The notes below the pieces were generated by a model. The model was not told the DNA's origin. It was given only the letters and a program-made list of their open reading frames with translations, and made no database searches. 64,000 nt of DNA from Octopus vulgaris. Its lineage: Eukaryota. The stretch is taken from contig OX597815.1 of NCBI GenBank assembly GCA_951406725.2, forward strand, positions 61,566,001-61,630,000, read 5' to 3'. The position numbers were made by a program, and so were the translations under genes. Positions 12,576 through 26,820 of this stretch are shown here, piece after piece; position 1 is the first letter of the stretch, and every line of letters starts with the position of its first letter.

Positions 12576-14070
12576 AAGTAAGAAATACGTCATTCCACGT
12601 AACCCGGCAACTTTACGTCTTTAGTGAATGTGGAGAAGGTTTTTCAAGTTCGGTCAATTTTTGGACATAGGCTCAGGAACAGGGGATGTAGGGGTTGCAA
12701 GCGCACTTCCAAAAATGTTTGTGGAGTGCAAAATAAAAATTTGGACCCAAACTTTTTTCATGTTTATAAAACAGTGCGTAAAAGTGACCTGTAAAAAGTA
12801 GCTTGAAGTTAGGTTTCTTCTCATAGGACGAAAATAAATAAAAACAAACCAATGAGACGTTGTTTGTGAAAAAACAAAAATCTTGGACCTGAGTTTGCAC
12901 CCGCTAAGCAAACTTCGTTCCCGAGCCAGTGTTGCTGGATGTTGTAGAAAGAATTTTCTGAAAGATTATTACCAATTTTCAGATGCTGAAGACGCACAGA
13001 AATGATTCCTGGCTCTGAAACAGACGAAAAATTCAGTGGTTCTTTGGATGGTCAATCGAATTGTTTTTCCCTCTTTCATAGCTCAGTAAACCAATGAAAT
13101 ATTGCTTACGAATCTATATAAGAATATTCCTTTCCTTTATGCATGATGATATGTAAGCGTTGTTGTTGTTACTTAGGCCCATATTCACTCAAACAAGACA
13201 GAACTATGACGAAAGACATTTAATTCCTGAACATCTTTCTTTATTTTTTATAAGTGTATCTAGGACTACATCATCCGGAAAAGAATGAGGAGAGGGTATT
13301 AGTGGGGATTTTTTCTTTTTTTTTGCATTTTGTTGCTTTAATCGTTACTTTGTTCTTATTGATAATGTTATTACGGTGGTGGTGGTGGTGGTGGTAGCGG
13401 CGACGATGGTGATGATATTCTCTACTACTTTTGTTATGGTAACTCAACGGAACCATTTGATTGTTAAAGACATCTCCTTCGTTCCTTGTAGCAGCCAGCC
13501 AAACTAAACCATTCAAAATTATACTTATTTACAATCTGTGTCACTGACACAGTTCAAGAATTCGTTGCTAGCCTTCAACTGTGGAATTTTTCCAATCATC
13601 AACTGGTCTTGTTGAAATATCTCAAAATAACGATGACCTCAAAATTCGACTATGGAATACCATTTCCGTAGTAATTTTTATATTTCACAAAACAATACTA
13701 GAATGTGCATTTGATGTGTTTTTGAATGAATTGTTTAATAATTAAAACTAACTTCAATGGTTGCTGGTTCCATTGTTTGTTTTTGACAACTTAATTAACG
13801 TTTAACTTAACATAGTAAGTTGATTAAACATATATCTCAACTATACTCAGAGATATAAACACACCGGCGCAAAATACATATATAGTGAAGGAAATAGTAT
13901 TAAAATCTTTTTTTTTTTTTTAAAAGTTAACTCCTTTCAAGTCAACAGAAAATTTTAGGAAAATATCCATAGTGCTATAATAAATTAAATATAAGACCAG
14001 AAGTGTTGTTATAACTGATAGACTAGGAAATGGTTTATATTGGTAAATTTTAGATGATGAATCCTCGAAG

Positions 14071-14101
<31 letters not shown>

Positions 14102-14264
14102 TGTTGTATTTGTTGTTGTTGTAGTTGTTTAGTGTCTAATCAACCTTGATCGATCAGAGCTATTAGCAAAGGTATGCCATAATCACGGCATTATCCAGTT
14201 TGTCCTTCTTTGATGAAGACAATAGCTGTTTCATTTAAAGAGATTTGGCGGTTATTTCTATGAG

Positions 14265-14790
14265 CAAAGTTATTTTTATCACAATATCTGGGCTATTGGT
14301 CTAAATAGCACAATCAGTTTGGGTACTAAAGTATCAACGAATGGTAATATCTTTACTTTCTACTACTTTGGCAAGTATATAGCTTCATATATAGAAGTGC
14401 AGCTTCATATATAGAAGTGCAGACTTCCAGCAGAGGATCTCGTACACATACCAGCCAAGTCTATCGGAGTGAATAATCTATTCATTTGAGGCCAACATAG
14501 AGCATCCACAGATGTAGGGATCAATTGTTTCTCTTGTTGCACCATAAAAGCAGCATGCAGGATTAGCACCATTTTTAAGAATGCTTGCTTGGTAGTTTCT
14601 GGTGGGCAGACACTGATCCTGAGTTGTTATAATGAAACCCTTAGCTTCTGATTTAAGTCCAGATGCAGTCAACCATTGACAGGTTATATTTATATTCATA
14701 TCAGGATCATTGGCCCTTATAGGGTATTTGCCATGTATTTTGTAGCTCTGAGATTTCATTTGTGTCGGGTTGTGATTTTTATCTGTTTTA
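14265..14790 (-). mobile_element. Degenerate R4/Dong-like (RLE) non-LTR retrotransposon, C-terminal fragment
   Basis: HGKY...WL...LKSEAKGFIITTQDQCLPTRNY...C..ETID...GC..LA..E is typical of the post-RT zinc-knuckle region. A PDIV motif follows near 14280-14295. Confidence 0.75.
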
Positions 14791-14844
14791 CTATTACAGT
14801 GGTCACTTCTGTTTCTAGTTTATTGTTATTATTATGGTTGTTGC

Positions 14845-14875
<31 letters not shown>

Positions 14876-15432
14876 GGTGGTGGTGGTGGTGATGATGATA
14901 GTATTTTTGGTAGTGTAATACAGACAAGCAAGGCTATTTCATTCTTTATTGCAGACCAATATTTTGGTTTTTTCTTCGCACCGTTGACATTTTCTTTAAA
15001 CGATTCAGAAAACTTCTATGTTGCCTAGTATTACTTTATCGCCAAGACATGCTGTAGTATTAGGAGTGGTAGTTGTTGCTGCTGCATGTGCGTGTGTGTG
15101 TGTGTGAGAGAGATGAACGTGTGTATTTCTCACTTTTCCTCTCTATTTTTTTCTCCTTTTTCTCTTTTACCCCTTTTCCCCATTTTTTCTCTCCTTTTTT
15201 CCAGCATGCCTAATTATAAATCCTTCCTCTTCCACCTTCATCACCGCATAAAGAGCCACTGTTTCACGTTTCCTTTCCACTGCTTTCAACCTTCTATTAT
15301 CCCCCTTTCTTTCAACAGCTTTTTTTATTATCTCACTTTCTTTCCAATTTTTTTTCTAATCATTTGCCATGCTGGACCGCTAAATCTACAACTTCCCCTG
15401 CCCTCATTCTCTCTCTATTTACTTTCTCGTAT

Positions 15433-15471
15433 TCTTTTCTGCTGAAGACCTTAGACTCGAAACGTAAAAGA
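15433..15471 (+). ncRNA. Minimal hammerhead-like motif, A6C core, stem III reduced to ACGU
   Basis: tctttt CUGCUGA a gac cttaga ctc GAAA C GUA aaaga. Followed by ttcccgagcgtcaaactaat, shared with 16600 and 50366. Confidence 0.5.
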
Positions 15472-15608
15472 CTTTTTCACTTTCCCGAGCGTCAAACTAA
15501 TAATACACTTGCTTGTTGTTCACGCACACGTCCTCGTCTTTTGTTTTTCTGTAAATTTCAACTACACATACATACATACATACATACATACATACATACA
15601 TACATACA

Positions 15609-15690
<82 letters not shown>

Positions 15691-15697
<7 letters not shown>

Positions 15698-15955
15698 AAT
15701 TAAGGACTGAACACGAAAAGTGGACAGTACTAGATATACGTCAAATCGCCGTTCACCACAAAAGATTATGTTCTCAGATCAAATCAACACAAAACCATAG
15801 CAATAAACAAGTGAAAAATATACGAAATAGCATGTTGACTGTCCACTTTTCGTATTCAGTCCTTAATTGGTATATATAAATATTTTAATCTTCGGATTCT
15901 TTTTTAATATGCTAGACCACTGGTCTTAATTGATAAATATCAATTTCTACCCTTA

Positions 15956-15965
<10 letters not shown>
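15691..15965. mobile_element. (TA)n-embedded foldback element, 39-bp arms plus 3' tail
   Basis: 15691-15729 is the inverse of 15838-15876 with 1 mismatch. Tail carries ccactggt...tttctaccctta. Confidence 0.7.
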
Positions 15966-16001
<36 letters not shown>

Positions 16002-16004
16002 TAC

Positions 16005-16387
16005 TCTTTTGCTTGTTTCAGTCATTTGACTGCGGCCATGCTGGAGCACCGCCTTTAATCGAGCAACTCGACCCCGGAACTTATTCTTTTTGTAAGCCCA
16101 GTACTTATCCTATCGGTCTCTTTTGCCGAACCGCTAAGTAACGGGGACATAAACACACCAGCATCGGTTGTCAAGCAATGCTAGGGGACACACAAACACA
16201 CACACACATATATATATACATATATACGACGGGCTTCTTTCAGTTTCCGTCTACCAAATCCACTCACAAGGCTTTGGTCGGCCCGGGGCTATAGCAGAAG
16301 ACATTTGCCCAAGATGCCACGCAGTGGGACTGAACCCGGAACCATGTGGTTGGTTAGCAAGCTACTTACCACACAGCCACTCCTGCG

Positions 16388-16389
<2 letters not shown>
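16005..16389 (-). mobile_element. SINE family A, full length
   Basis: Reverse-complement head gcgcaggagtggctgtgtggtaag (A box) and ggttcagtccc (B box). Internal (TG)/(TA) tract. Tail cagtcaaatgactgaaacaag. Confidence 0.85.
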
Positions 16390-16430
<41 letters not shown>

Positions 16431-16434
<4 letters not shown>

Positions 16435-16550
16435 AAAGTAGTAGAAAGTAAAGGTATTACCATTCACTGGTACTTAAATACAGAATCTGATTGTGGTATT
16501 TAGACCAACAGACCAGATATTGTGGTAAAAATAACTTTAGAAATAACATA
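16431..16550 (+). mobile_element. R4/Dong-like RLE fragment
   Basis: KVVESKGITIHW...TNRPDIVVK. Inverted homolog of 14270-14372. Confidence 0.65.
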
Positions 16551-16599
16551 GAAATAGCCGTCAAGTTGTTTTTATTCTCCCTCTGTTCATTTCCTCGTG

Positions 16600-16640
16600 T
16601 TCCTTTCTGTTGAAGAGCGTAGGCTGGAAACGTATTCTCA
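16600..16640 (+). ncRNA. Decayed minimal hammerhead-like motif
   Basis: ttt CUGUUGA a gagc gtag gctg GAAA CGUA. The 3' strand of stem I is deleted. Confidence 0.4.
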
Positions 16641-16714
16641 CCTTCCCGAGCGTCAAACTAATACACCTGTTTGTTGTTTATACATGTACATGTATATTAT
16701 ATGTACACACACAC

Positions 16715-16764
<50 letters not shown>

Positions 16765-16900
16765 GCTTTAAAAACCTACTTTGCTCTTGTTATCGTAAAC
16801 TTCCGCCTTTCACCATGTGTAACTCGTAAACACCAGTCGTTTTTTTCTCTATCTCCTGTTGCCCGCTTTGGGATCTTTCTTTCCTCTCTCTTCCTTCTTT

Positions 16901-16937
16901 ATGTTTCCGACGAAGAGCTCCGCTCGAAACGTCATAC
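16901..16937 (+). ncRNA. Minimal hammerhead-like motif (CCGACGA)
   Basis: gttt CCGACGA a gagc tcc gctc GAAA C GUC atac, within the TA-flanked segment 16761-17030. Confidence 0.55.
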
Positions 16938-17046
16938 CTTCCTGCTTCCATTTCCTGAGCGCCTATTAATAATAATACTGTAATTGTTCCATTGTTGTTG
17001 TTTTTTTGTTTTCCCGTTTGGATTAAAATTATATATATATATATAT

Positions 17047-17120
<74 letters not shown>

Positions 17121-17122
<2 letters not shown>

Positions 17123-17249
17123 AACTTACTTGGAAGAGGATGCGTGGCGTTCAATCATATAATAATATAAATAATATATATAATATAATAATATAATATA
17201 AATGATATATATATGCATATATACATACGTATATGTACATACATCTATG

Positions 17250-17299
<50 letters not shown>

Positions 17300-17490
17300 T
17301 ATTTGGCCACAAGGCGTCACGAAATTACGAAGCACGAATACATGGAACATGAACTATTCTTTCGAACAACGAAAGACACAAATGGAAAACAAAACAAACA
17401 ACATAAAAACGACTCTTCATCAGTTATTGGCTGTTTTTCTAGTCTCGTATTTCGAGCATTTAACAACAGCATACGCTTTCGATGTGCGTT
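17121..17490 (-). mobile_element. Dispersed repeat family P2, probable PLE 3' end
   Basis: Inverted near-identical copy at 46640-46935. Terminus aaaacttacttgga is also at 10478. Confidence 0.6.
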
Positions 17491-17544
17491 GAATAATTTG
17501 TCGTCTAAATTACGCAAAGATGATAATAACAGTGGCTTCTCATT

Positions 17545-18704
17545 TTAATAGATATTTAGCAATATCACATGAAAATAGCTTGAAATACTAAAGAGTAAAT
17601 TTATTCAATAAAATCGCCATTGGCTTCAACGACGACTTCCAGACGGCTTTTGAATCTCCTGCAACTCTTCTCAACGGTCTCCTTAAGTTGGTGAATGCTG
17701 CCATAATCCTTGCCTTCAGGTCATCTTTAGTCTTACAAGGAGTTTTGTTGGTCACTCGCTCAGCAGCGCCCCACACACTGCAAGAAGGTTGAATTCTGGG
17801 GAGTTAGGTGGCCAGATGTCTGACAGCCATTACTGGGTTCTGCTTTTGCGGCATGGTGTAGAATGTTGTTGCCAGACGTAGGGTCATCCAGCAGCCATCC
17901 CTCAACTCAGGGCAGCACCATCTCCTCCAGACACTTGATGTGAGCCTCCATATTGGATGTGAGGCCGTGTGAGATGAACGGAGGCATAACGTCACCATCA
18001 CAAGTGATCACTACAAGCACCATGATGATGACTGGATGTTTGATTTTTATCACTCTCGGTACATGTTTTGGGGACATGGTAAGTTAACAGTTGTTCTGTG
18101 TGTTCAACATCTGATCCTGGAAGAAATTTTTCTCGCCTGAGAAAACCCAAAGCATGTTCGGTTGGAGGGGAAGCTTGAATTTGTTGAAAAGCTTCATAGC
18201 GCAGTTTTTCCTCTTGTCTTTGATGGCTTAGGATAAAAATTTAATCTTTCTCATCATGTATGAGGAATACCGAATGTCTTAATGCACTACATGCCTGATA
18301 AGAAACGCAGGCACGCCCATGTCCCTGACAATAGACCGGACTGACTTGGAGATATCGTTGTCAATCATAGCCTGGATCTCACCAACAAATTCAGGACTTC
18401 TTTTCTTATCAGAACGATCAGAGTGCGTTTTCCGATCTGCCGTACCTCTGTAATCACAATTAGACTCATCCAACTCTTTCCAGGTCCACTGTACTGTTCT
18501 CAGATTAACACCCAAACACTATGAAATGTTCATATTGGAGCTTCCGGCATGTCATTTCCAAATTTCTGGCAGAGTGAATTACGTCATGCTGCTGTTTTTC
18601 TTACAGACAGTACACAACTGACCCTATAATACTGTAGTCGACAAAATCAAGAACAAAGTGCATGCACGAAATTAAAAGTATCAAACAATTTACTCATCGC
18701 ACCC

Positions 18705-18710
<6 letters not shown>
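17545..18710 (-). mobile_element. Degenerate Tc1/mariner-superfamily transposon
   Basis: HTH-region ORF 18279..18515 (KKRSPEFVGEIQAMIDNDISKSVRSIVRDMGV), WVFSGEK remnant near 18130-18150, WPPNSPE.N motif at about 17790-17815 followed by WGAAER. End reads tacagggtg at 18700-18708. Confidence 0.8.
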
Positions 18711-18781
<71 letters not shown>

Positions 18782-19495
18782 GTATCGATATCCTTTCGCT
18801 AATGTTGGTCGACTTCAAGAAATACAATTCAGCTCCGCTACCAATAACTATGATGTCCACCAATGAAACACCAATCCCGTCTTCGGTCAAACCGATCAGA
18901 AGGTACATCAAGGAGTATACACCGTTTGTAGGTAGACACTCGTTTACACAGCTGTGTTTATTGTTTATACTATCGATCACTGATTGTACCTCAAACTTAT
19001 TGATTCTAATGAAGTCTATATATCTGCACAACTCTCTGAAATCCGGTGGTTCCATAACTTCCCTAGTGGCCTCCACTTTCGGATATTCAGTTATCGGTGT
19101 CTTTTGTCGTCGTCGTCATCGTCATCATCATCGCCATCGCCACTGCTATCGTCGTTGCTGTTGCTGTTGTTATTGTTCAGCTCAGTTCTGATGTAAGATT
19201 ATCTCGTGTTTTTGCCGCCGTGACATAGTACATCTAGGATTACTTTAATCAATGTGGTTTTCATTTTTGTTTAAGCAGTAATATTGGATCGTGACCGACC
19301 TTTGGCTGCTATTTTTAGTAGATTGAGCGCCCATATTGAGGGTGTCTTGTTAACTAGTTAGTATCATTATTCTGAAATCGAAACCTACCGACATCAACTT
19401 TACGATTCATCTTTTTCAGGGTCGATAAAATAAATACCAGCTGAGTACTGAGGTTGATGTAATCGACTAGCTCCCTCCACAAAATTTTCAGAAGT

Positions 19496-20290
19496 TCATT
19501 AGGGATTGACCAAAGAGAAAAGTGTTTGTCTTCAGCCCTTCAATCTCGTCCACCATACAACCTCTTTCACCATGGCCACCAGACATATAAAAACAGCCTT
19601 TCCTTCCCGGCTAAAGGAAGGCGGCGGGACGATATTCCCGATAGATTCGTTTGTCAGCCGGATCTGTCCCACACGCGACAGCAGGTGTTCGACATAAACT
19701 CACAGGTCAGCAATGCTCGGGCACTGGACAAGTGCAAGCAGGACCGTCTCGTCGTCCTGCGCGCATCTCAAACATGCTCGGCTGACGGCACTTCCATGCC
19801 TGTAAAGTTTATCTCCAACAGGCAAAGCTCCCTGGTAGCACTGCCAGGCCAGTGATTTTTGGAAATTATCCATCTGTCCCGGCCCTAAATTTCTCCGGAA
19901 AAGAGCAGCTAGCTGATCTTCTTCGACGCCCAAAGTCTCCTCATGAACGTCGTCACATTTTTCCTCCACTAATTCTCTAAAAAAAAAAAAAAAGCTAGCG
20001 TTGACGTTCCACCTGTCACACTGTTCGATTGACTGGCGGTTGTGAGAGCTTCAAAACATTCCACTTCCCAAATGATACCCCTCGGTCTCTGTTTTACCCA
20101 GGACTGCAGCTCCGTTAAATAAATTAGCTGCGGAAATAAGTGTTTGGCGAACGAAACACTGGAGATGTCGTGGCCTCAGAGCCTGTCTGCACATTATCAA
20201 CCACGGCATGCCCAGGCCATCACGCAGCGTGTGTTAACAGCCGATAAACCGCCTGACCGTTGGGAGTATACGCCCCAGCGTAATCTGACG
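19496..20290 (-). mobile_element. Tx1/L1-like LINE ORF2 C-terminal fragment (zf-RVT-like)
   Basis: FQKSLAWQCYQGALPVGDKLYRHG..RACLRCAQDDETVLLALVQC. Confidence 0.75.
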
Positions 20291-20869
20291 GCCAGGACAT
20301 AATATGCTAATTCTATATTTATTTGTTTTTGTTTTATTTTCAATTCCTATAACATATTCAAGCTCCATCCTCTCACTGGTAAATTTGATATCAGCAACAT
20401 GGCTGACGGAAAAATACGTGGGGACGGACGCCCTACCCAGGAAACTATAAATAGGGTAAAGTGTCCCTTAATGGAATACATTTAGATTAATCTAGAAAAT
20501 CAAAGTAATTAGAAAACAGAAACTCCCTTTTGAGATGTTTGAAATCTATAAAACAAGCACCCTCCCTTAGATGTTTCGAAAATTTTAAACACTTGCAGAG
20601 GGAGTTTCTACCTACTAATCATATAAATAATCTAGGTTAATTGAAATATTTCATCCTATTACAGGTGTGAAACCTTATTTTTATTCCTGGAAATCGTTTG
20701 AGGAAATGGTAATGTAGAGAGCTGGTGGAGAATGGTTCATTGAGGTGCTGATGTCTTGGAGGATGTAATGCTGTTTGAATATGGGAGTTGCGAAGATCCT
20801 CACTATTTTTGTTCACCTCCTCACACAAACGCACGCGCGCGCAACTGTTATATTAATTTACAAAAAACT

Positions 20870-21700
20870 AACCGCCTCCACCATTGTGACGCTCGCTACC
20901 ACTGATTCTGATGTTGACACCGCCACCTACTCCATCACCAAACGAACAATCATCATCATCATTGTTATCATCATCACCATCTTCCTCGCCACCATCAGCA
21001 ATTCCCCTCCCCCTTCTCTTCCTCCTCCATCAAAAACATTACGACTATTTCCCCCGACCACCACCTACACAAACATCATCACTTCACCCCTACTATCATC
21101 TCACTACCTTCACTACCATCACCACCATCATCACTATCATTCCAACCAGCCAGTCATCTTGATATTGTCATCTGATGTCAGGAATGTCATTTCTAACACC
21201 AACATCACTACCACCACCACCAACGCCACCATCGCCAACATCGTCGCTAACACCATGAACGCCACCACTGCCATCATCATAAGTGTCGCCATTGTCCTTA
21301 GAATTATCAACTACACATCCTCCTTTAATACGGTTCTACCTACCACTTTCATGATCATCATCATAACAACCCTCAGCACCACCACCCTTACCAACACCAC
21401 TATCACCACAATCATCATCACCACCACTAGTACCACCATCACCACCACCACCCCACCACCATCGCCACAACCACCATTACCACTGCTATCAACATCGCTA
21501 CAACCACCACCACCATCGCCGCCATCACCACCGCCACCACTGCCACCACCACTGCCGCCACCACTGCCGCCGCAACCGCCAACGCCACCCTCATCAACCG
21601 CAGACACCATCTCCAACTATCTTTCACAAATATCACACATAAAATCTCACTACGGTTCCAGCAGCCATCAATCACCAGTCGCCATTCCCACTAGTCGCCT
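20870..21700. repeat. Degenerate (CAC/CAT)n low-complexity tract
   Basis: Trinucleotide-derived. Similar tracts at 11700-12230, 26440-27690 and 56250-57030. Confidence 0.8.
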
Positions 21701-22529
21701 TCCCATAGCTATTCTCAGCAAAAACAAAAAAAAAAGATTAAAAAAACTGCAACAGCCGCCATGTTGATTATGTCACCAAATGTCATTCAGTCGATTAGTC
21801 GATACTGGTTAACATTTCTGACTAGTAACGTCTTTCCCGTCATCTCATCGACAAAAGAGAAAACGGTAAAAAAATTAGAACGTTTCTTAGTTTTACTCTA
21901 CAAGTCTTCCAACTCTAGATGCAAAGAAAGTTTAGCAGAAAAAAGAAATTTTAAAAATAAAAAATAAGAAAATTGGTGAGGGCGACAAAAGCTGCTCCGT
22001 GGCTTTACAATTAGTCATTTTTATAAAAAGAAACTTGAAATAAACAAGGAAAATGTTGGTGTGAAAGAAAGTCATGGAGAGACAACACGAGTTGGTGAAG
22101 GTCGTACCATCGTGGTACATAAATCGTGTAGGTTGGGTTATTGTTACTGTTTTTTAGCTAAAAATACATCACCGTGAAAATAAATAGTCTGAAATCATAC
22201 TATTCACTAGTTTTCTCCAAGGATATATATATATTTTTTTTTACATGACAAACACATTGATGTCAGCTCAGTGGTGTCTAAATAGCAACAAGTCACGCGT
22301 GTTTACTCCAACGGCAGCAGCAGCCATCTTTTGTCTTGTCAAATCATTGAATACGAAACTAAGAAAGCCAGCAAGATACGAACTTATTCAGTTGCATAAA
22401 TTTAGAGGAAATTTTAGCTCCGTATTTCACAACGAATGGGAATTCTCATTAAATTTGATTTTATAATGGATACATGTGATGTTGGTAATGTTGTTGTCCT
22501 TCGTGATGATAATGGAGGCGGTGATACTC

Positions 22530-22717
22530 TTTTACTCTTATACTTGTTTCAGTCATTTGACTGCTGCCATGCTGGAGCACCGCCTTTAGTCGAGCAAATC
22601 GCCCCCAGGACTTATTCTTTGTAAGCCTAGTACTTATTCTATCAGTCTCTTTTGCCGAACCGCTAAGTTACGGGGACGCAAACACACCAACATCGGTTGT
22701 CAAGCGATGTTGGGGTA

Positions 22718-22803
<86 letters not shown>

Positions 22804-22964
22804 CGACGGGCTTCTTTCAGTTTCCGTCTACCAAATCCACTCACAAGGCTTTGGTCGGCCCGGGGCTATAGTAGAAGACACTTGCCCAAAGTGCCACGCA
22901 GTGGGACTGAACCCGGAACCATGTGGTTGGTAAGCAAGCTATTTACCACACAGCCACTCCTGCG
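22530..22964 (-). mobile_element. SINE family A, full length
   Basis: Near-identical to 16005-16389. Confidence 0.85.
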
Positions 22965-23778
22965 GGTGATGTTGTTATTGTTGTTGTTGTTGTTGTTGTT
23001 GATGATGATGATGATGATGATGATGTTGATCCTTGAAGATCTACCGTCAAAACTTTCCACTTTGTTCATTCACACAACAGTGTATCTAGAGCATATGCAT
23101 ATGATCTATTACATTATTCTAGTTTTAAACTCATAAAGATAGGATTTATTCAATTTTGACTTATTTTTGACAGGTCATGCCGCATAGTGCCTACTTCCTC
23201 AATTACTTGTTTAGTACGCCATCACTCCCTTCGTGAGTAACCAACCCTTCAACCATGCTCTCTCAGTTTCATGGAAAGTACCCCCTCAATCTCTTAGTAC
23301 TCATGGACGATAGTCCCTCAACCCCATAGACGATCAGCGTCTCCCTCACCGTTGACACATAACTACAACTATCACCGCAAAGTAACTTCCACCGTCGTCA
23401 ATACCGCCATCATTATCACCGCTAAATCGTCAACAACTAGTATACCTTCGCGAACTAGCATACCTCAACCCAATGGACGGTAGTCTCTCAAAATCTAAGA
23501 CACTTAGCCTTTAACTAGTTAGTTGGTGGGTAGTTCTTTATGTTGAGGTTTAAGGTTTTTATTTTCACCGTAAAAGGAATAAGAATTTAAGGTTAAAAAT
23601 CTCTTTTTGAGCCTGGATTGTAAAAGGTCTTCTCTGTGACTATTCGACCCCTAGAAATGACTTCGTACTGACTTTAAAACAAAGGGACATTGAGTAAATG
23701 AAGTCGTGGAACTGTTGACGTGGTAACGATTGAAATATCTTTGGTGCGATATAGTGTTTTACAGAGCAACAGCTCCTC

Positions 23779-23838
<60 letters not shown>

Positions 23839-23849
23839 TAACTACTACT

Positions 23850-24741
23850 GGATCTTTTCAATTCTGAAGCCAGGACCACAGATCTTTCTACTTAACTAAA
23901 TAATCTGAAACTTCGTATGTTGATAGAGTCTAGCAAAACAAGACACAGGTTGGAACTAGTTTATTTGAGAAAAATCTATTTTATGACTTTAATCGTAGAT
24001 TAAAACTGCGAATTTTAACCAATCAGATTGTTTGTTTTCATGTGTAAAACTTGACTGCATTCTATTAGTGTGACGTAGAAAGCGCTTTTGTGACGTACTA
24101 ACGTTCGTTTGAAAACTGTAAACAAACACAGAACGTAACGGCAGACGAAATACGGCTACGCATTTTGCCCGGCGTGCTAACGTTTCTGCCAGCTCTTTGC
24201 TTTTTTAATATTAAATTTCTTACCTTTTGCACAAATAAATACAATAAGTGAAATGAAACGCATTAGCTTAGAAACGAAATCTTGTTAGAAGCCTCGTCAC
24301 TGAGATGCCACTTCTTAATAGCAAACGAAAGCAAGTACTAACAGAATGGAAACATTTTCAATTTAATACATGTGGCTTATTAACTAGTTTTAAATATTCT
24401 TATTAGAAGGTGGCTGACTATAGGATCCTGGAAACATGAGTACGTTAAATAATTAGAATTGAGATTTCACGGAGACATGCGGTTTATTTACATTTAAGAT
24501 GTTTAATACGTCACCAAATTGGTGGTCGAGACGGAGTAAATAAAATAAAGCCGAATGACGGAATATCATTGGTTAAAATTCTAATTATTAAACAACGTTA
24601 AACTTAGAAGTTACAATTCCGTTTTCATTCTGGTTTACAATTAAGTTTACTTTTGACACATTCTACCAGTATACGAAGTTTCAAATTGTTTGGTTCAGTA
24701 GGAAAAATTTGAAAAAACTGGCTTCAGAATTGAAAAGATCC
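23850..24741. mobile_element. Non-autonomous DNA transposon (about 890 bp) inserted in (CTA)n
   Basis: Perfect 24-bp TIRs ggatcttttcaattctgaagccag (23850-23873 / 24718-24741), with imperfect subterminal inverted similarity. No ORF. Confidence 0.8.
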
Positions 24742-26664
24742 CTACTACTACTGTTACTACTACAATAACCTAACCAAAATAATGGTTGTAGTGTTTTTTC
24801 TGTTTGCCTTTTTCGACGCGTGACAACCTATTTATATTACTGTTTATCGTTGCTCGATCTACTGGAAAGAACCAGAAATATTAGGGCATACCAGCAGAAC
24901 CTGGAACAACAGTTGACAGTACCAACGAGGCTAGGAGTAGGAGAGAAAAAGTCACTAAAGAAACTAAAACTAAAGAAATAGTAAATCTGCTGAATTATTA
25001 AATACCTCCTAAAAGCGGATAAATTACTTTTGGCCCAAACTCTTTGTTACTCTTCACACGTATGAAACAAATTCAAGTTTGTCTTGGTTTTGCTGGCAAG
25101 GTCCAATTAGATTGAAACTTATCTAAAATTGTTCTCTTTCCAGCAACAAAGATCATATTTTTCTCTAACATGTTAAATCAATAATCTGAAATTCTTAATG
25201 TCCTATTCTTTGAGAGTCTCTAGCAATTGCCACTAGTGTTGTTATTCCTTCTCGAATTAAAAGGAAAATTTCAATTGAGATTTTTTTTCTTTTTTCACAT
25301 AGGTCACTCTGTAGACCTTCCTTTCACCTCAGCCTCTCACTTAGATTCTCATTCACTTTCCTCGCCGCTCCACTCACAAGTTGGCCTATAAAAACCTCCA
25401 GGTGACCTATGAGACAGCGTCTCTATAACTGGTCTTTCAAATCACCCTTGGAAAAATAAAAGGATTCAATCGATAACATAGCCTGTGAAGAAGGGTGGGA
25501 ACTAAATAATTAGGATGTCTAACCCAAGACTGTAAGGTCGTAGGTTCGATTCCCATACGAGGCAGTGTCTTGTCTTCAGGAACATAGCACTTTATTTCAC
25601 GTTGTTTCAGTCAAAAGAATACAAACCATGGGCTGATGCAATCCTTCACCATTCCACAGCTGTATTATCCTGGATGTACCAACAGGTTAAAGGTGCGAGG
25701 AGATCTACAAGGTGTTTGTTCACCACTTCATAGATAACATATCTATGTTATTCTCTGACGACGAACCATTAAATTTTAATTTATTCTAAAGCCTCCTCTG
25801 TGTTGGGAAAGTAAGCAAAAAACGACGGAATTCTGGTTTAAGAACCTCATATAACCCCTCATAACTTTTTAATATTTTGAAATTTTCAGAAAAATTTTAT
25901 GAATTTGTTTTCTACACGCGGGAATTCAAATGATTATGCAAAAAAAAAACCTTTTAATTTTTTTAAATTCCGCTTCCCGCTTCCCATAAATCAAATCTTC
26001 CACTCTTTTTTTTTTTTTAATCAGAGTTTAAAATACAGACAATCCGAATTTTTTTGCTTAAACCCCAGCAATGGATCATTCTTGAATGCATCATCATTCC
26101 ATTTATGGAAAGAAAAATATCGAAAAACATCAATACGTGTCAGAGTGACAATGAAACGAGGAAAGTATCAGGTAGTCGTGAGATGTGCTAAAAATAACAG
26201 CTAAATCTCCCATAAATCAAATACAGTATTTTTTTTTCATAATTGTATTAATTCCTGTCTACAGAACACAAATTCGCTAAATTTTGCTGAAAATTCCAAA
26301 AAAATTAAAGTAATTATGAAGTGGTGCTATATGAGATGCTTAAACCAGAAATCCGCCCCCAAAACATCATGATCCTTCGCCTAGGGCAAAACAACCAACG
26401 TTATAAGTTGGTGTTTTCGTCTTTCTTCTTTCTGTTTGCCACCCCTCACCCTCATTGCGCCACTCCCCGCTTACATCAGCCAACCAAAGAACCTGCTCAC
26501 CGATACACCTATACACTCTTCTTTACAGAAACTAACCGACAAAGCACCGCCTCACCACCACAAACTGCCACCTTTGTCACCATCATCGTCACCACCTACA
26601 CTTAACACGACCACCACCATCAACAACAACAACAGCAACATAATCATTACTAATCCAACCATTA

Positions 26665-26820
26665 TAACCTATTTCTGTATTACCCACAAGAGGCTAAACA
26701 TAGAGGGGACAAACAAGGACAGACATAGGTATTAAGTCGATTACATCGACCCCAGTGCGTAACTGGTACTTAATTTATCGACCCCGGAAGGATGAAAGGC
26801 AAAGTTGACCTCGGCGGAAC
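26665..26820 (-). mobile_element. SINE family D, 3' portion
   Basis: Reverse complement gccgaggtcaactttgcctttcatccttccggggtcgataaattaagtacc (Meta-domain-like), plus tail. Confidence 0.7.

Noticed and set aside
18690-19191. Overlapping 128-aa and 159-aa ORFs as a host exon
   Set aside because: Length inflated by (TG)n; no recognisable domain or splice evidence.
20775-21767. 330-aa ORF rich in T/P/I/H
   Set aside because: Translation of a degenerate (CAC/CAT)n tract lacking stops; no domain. The same applies to 56349..56945 and 11281..11832.
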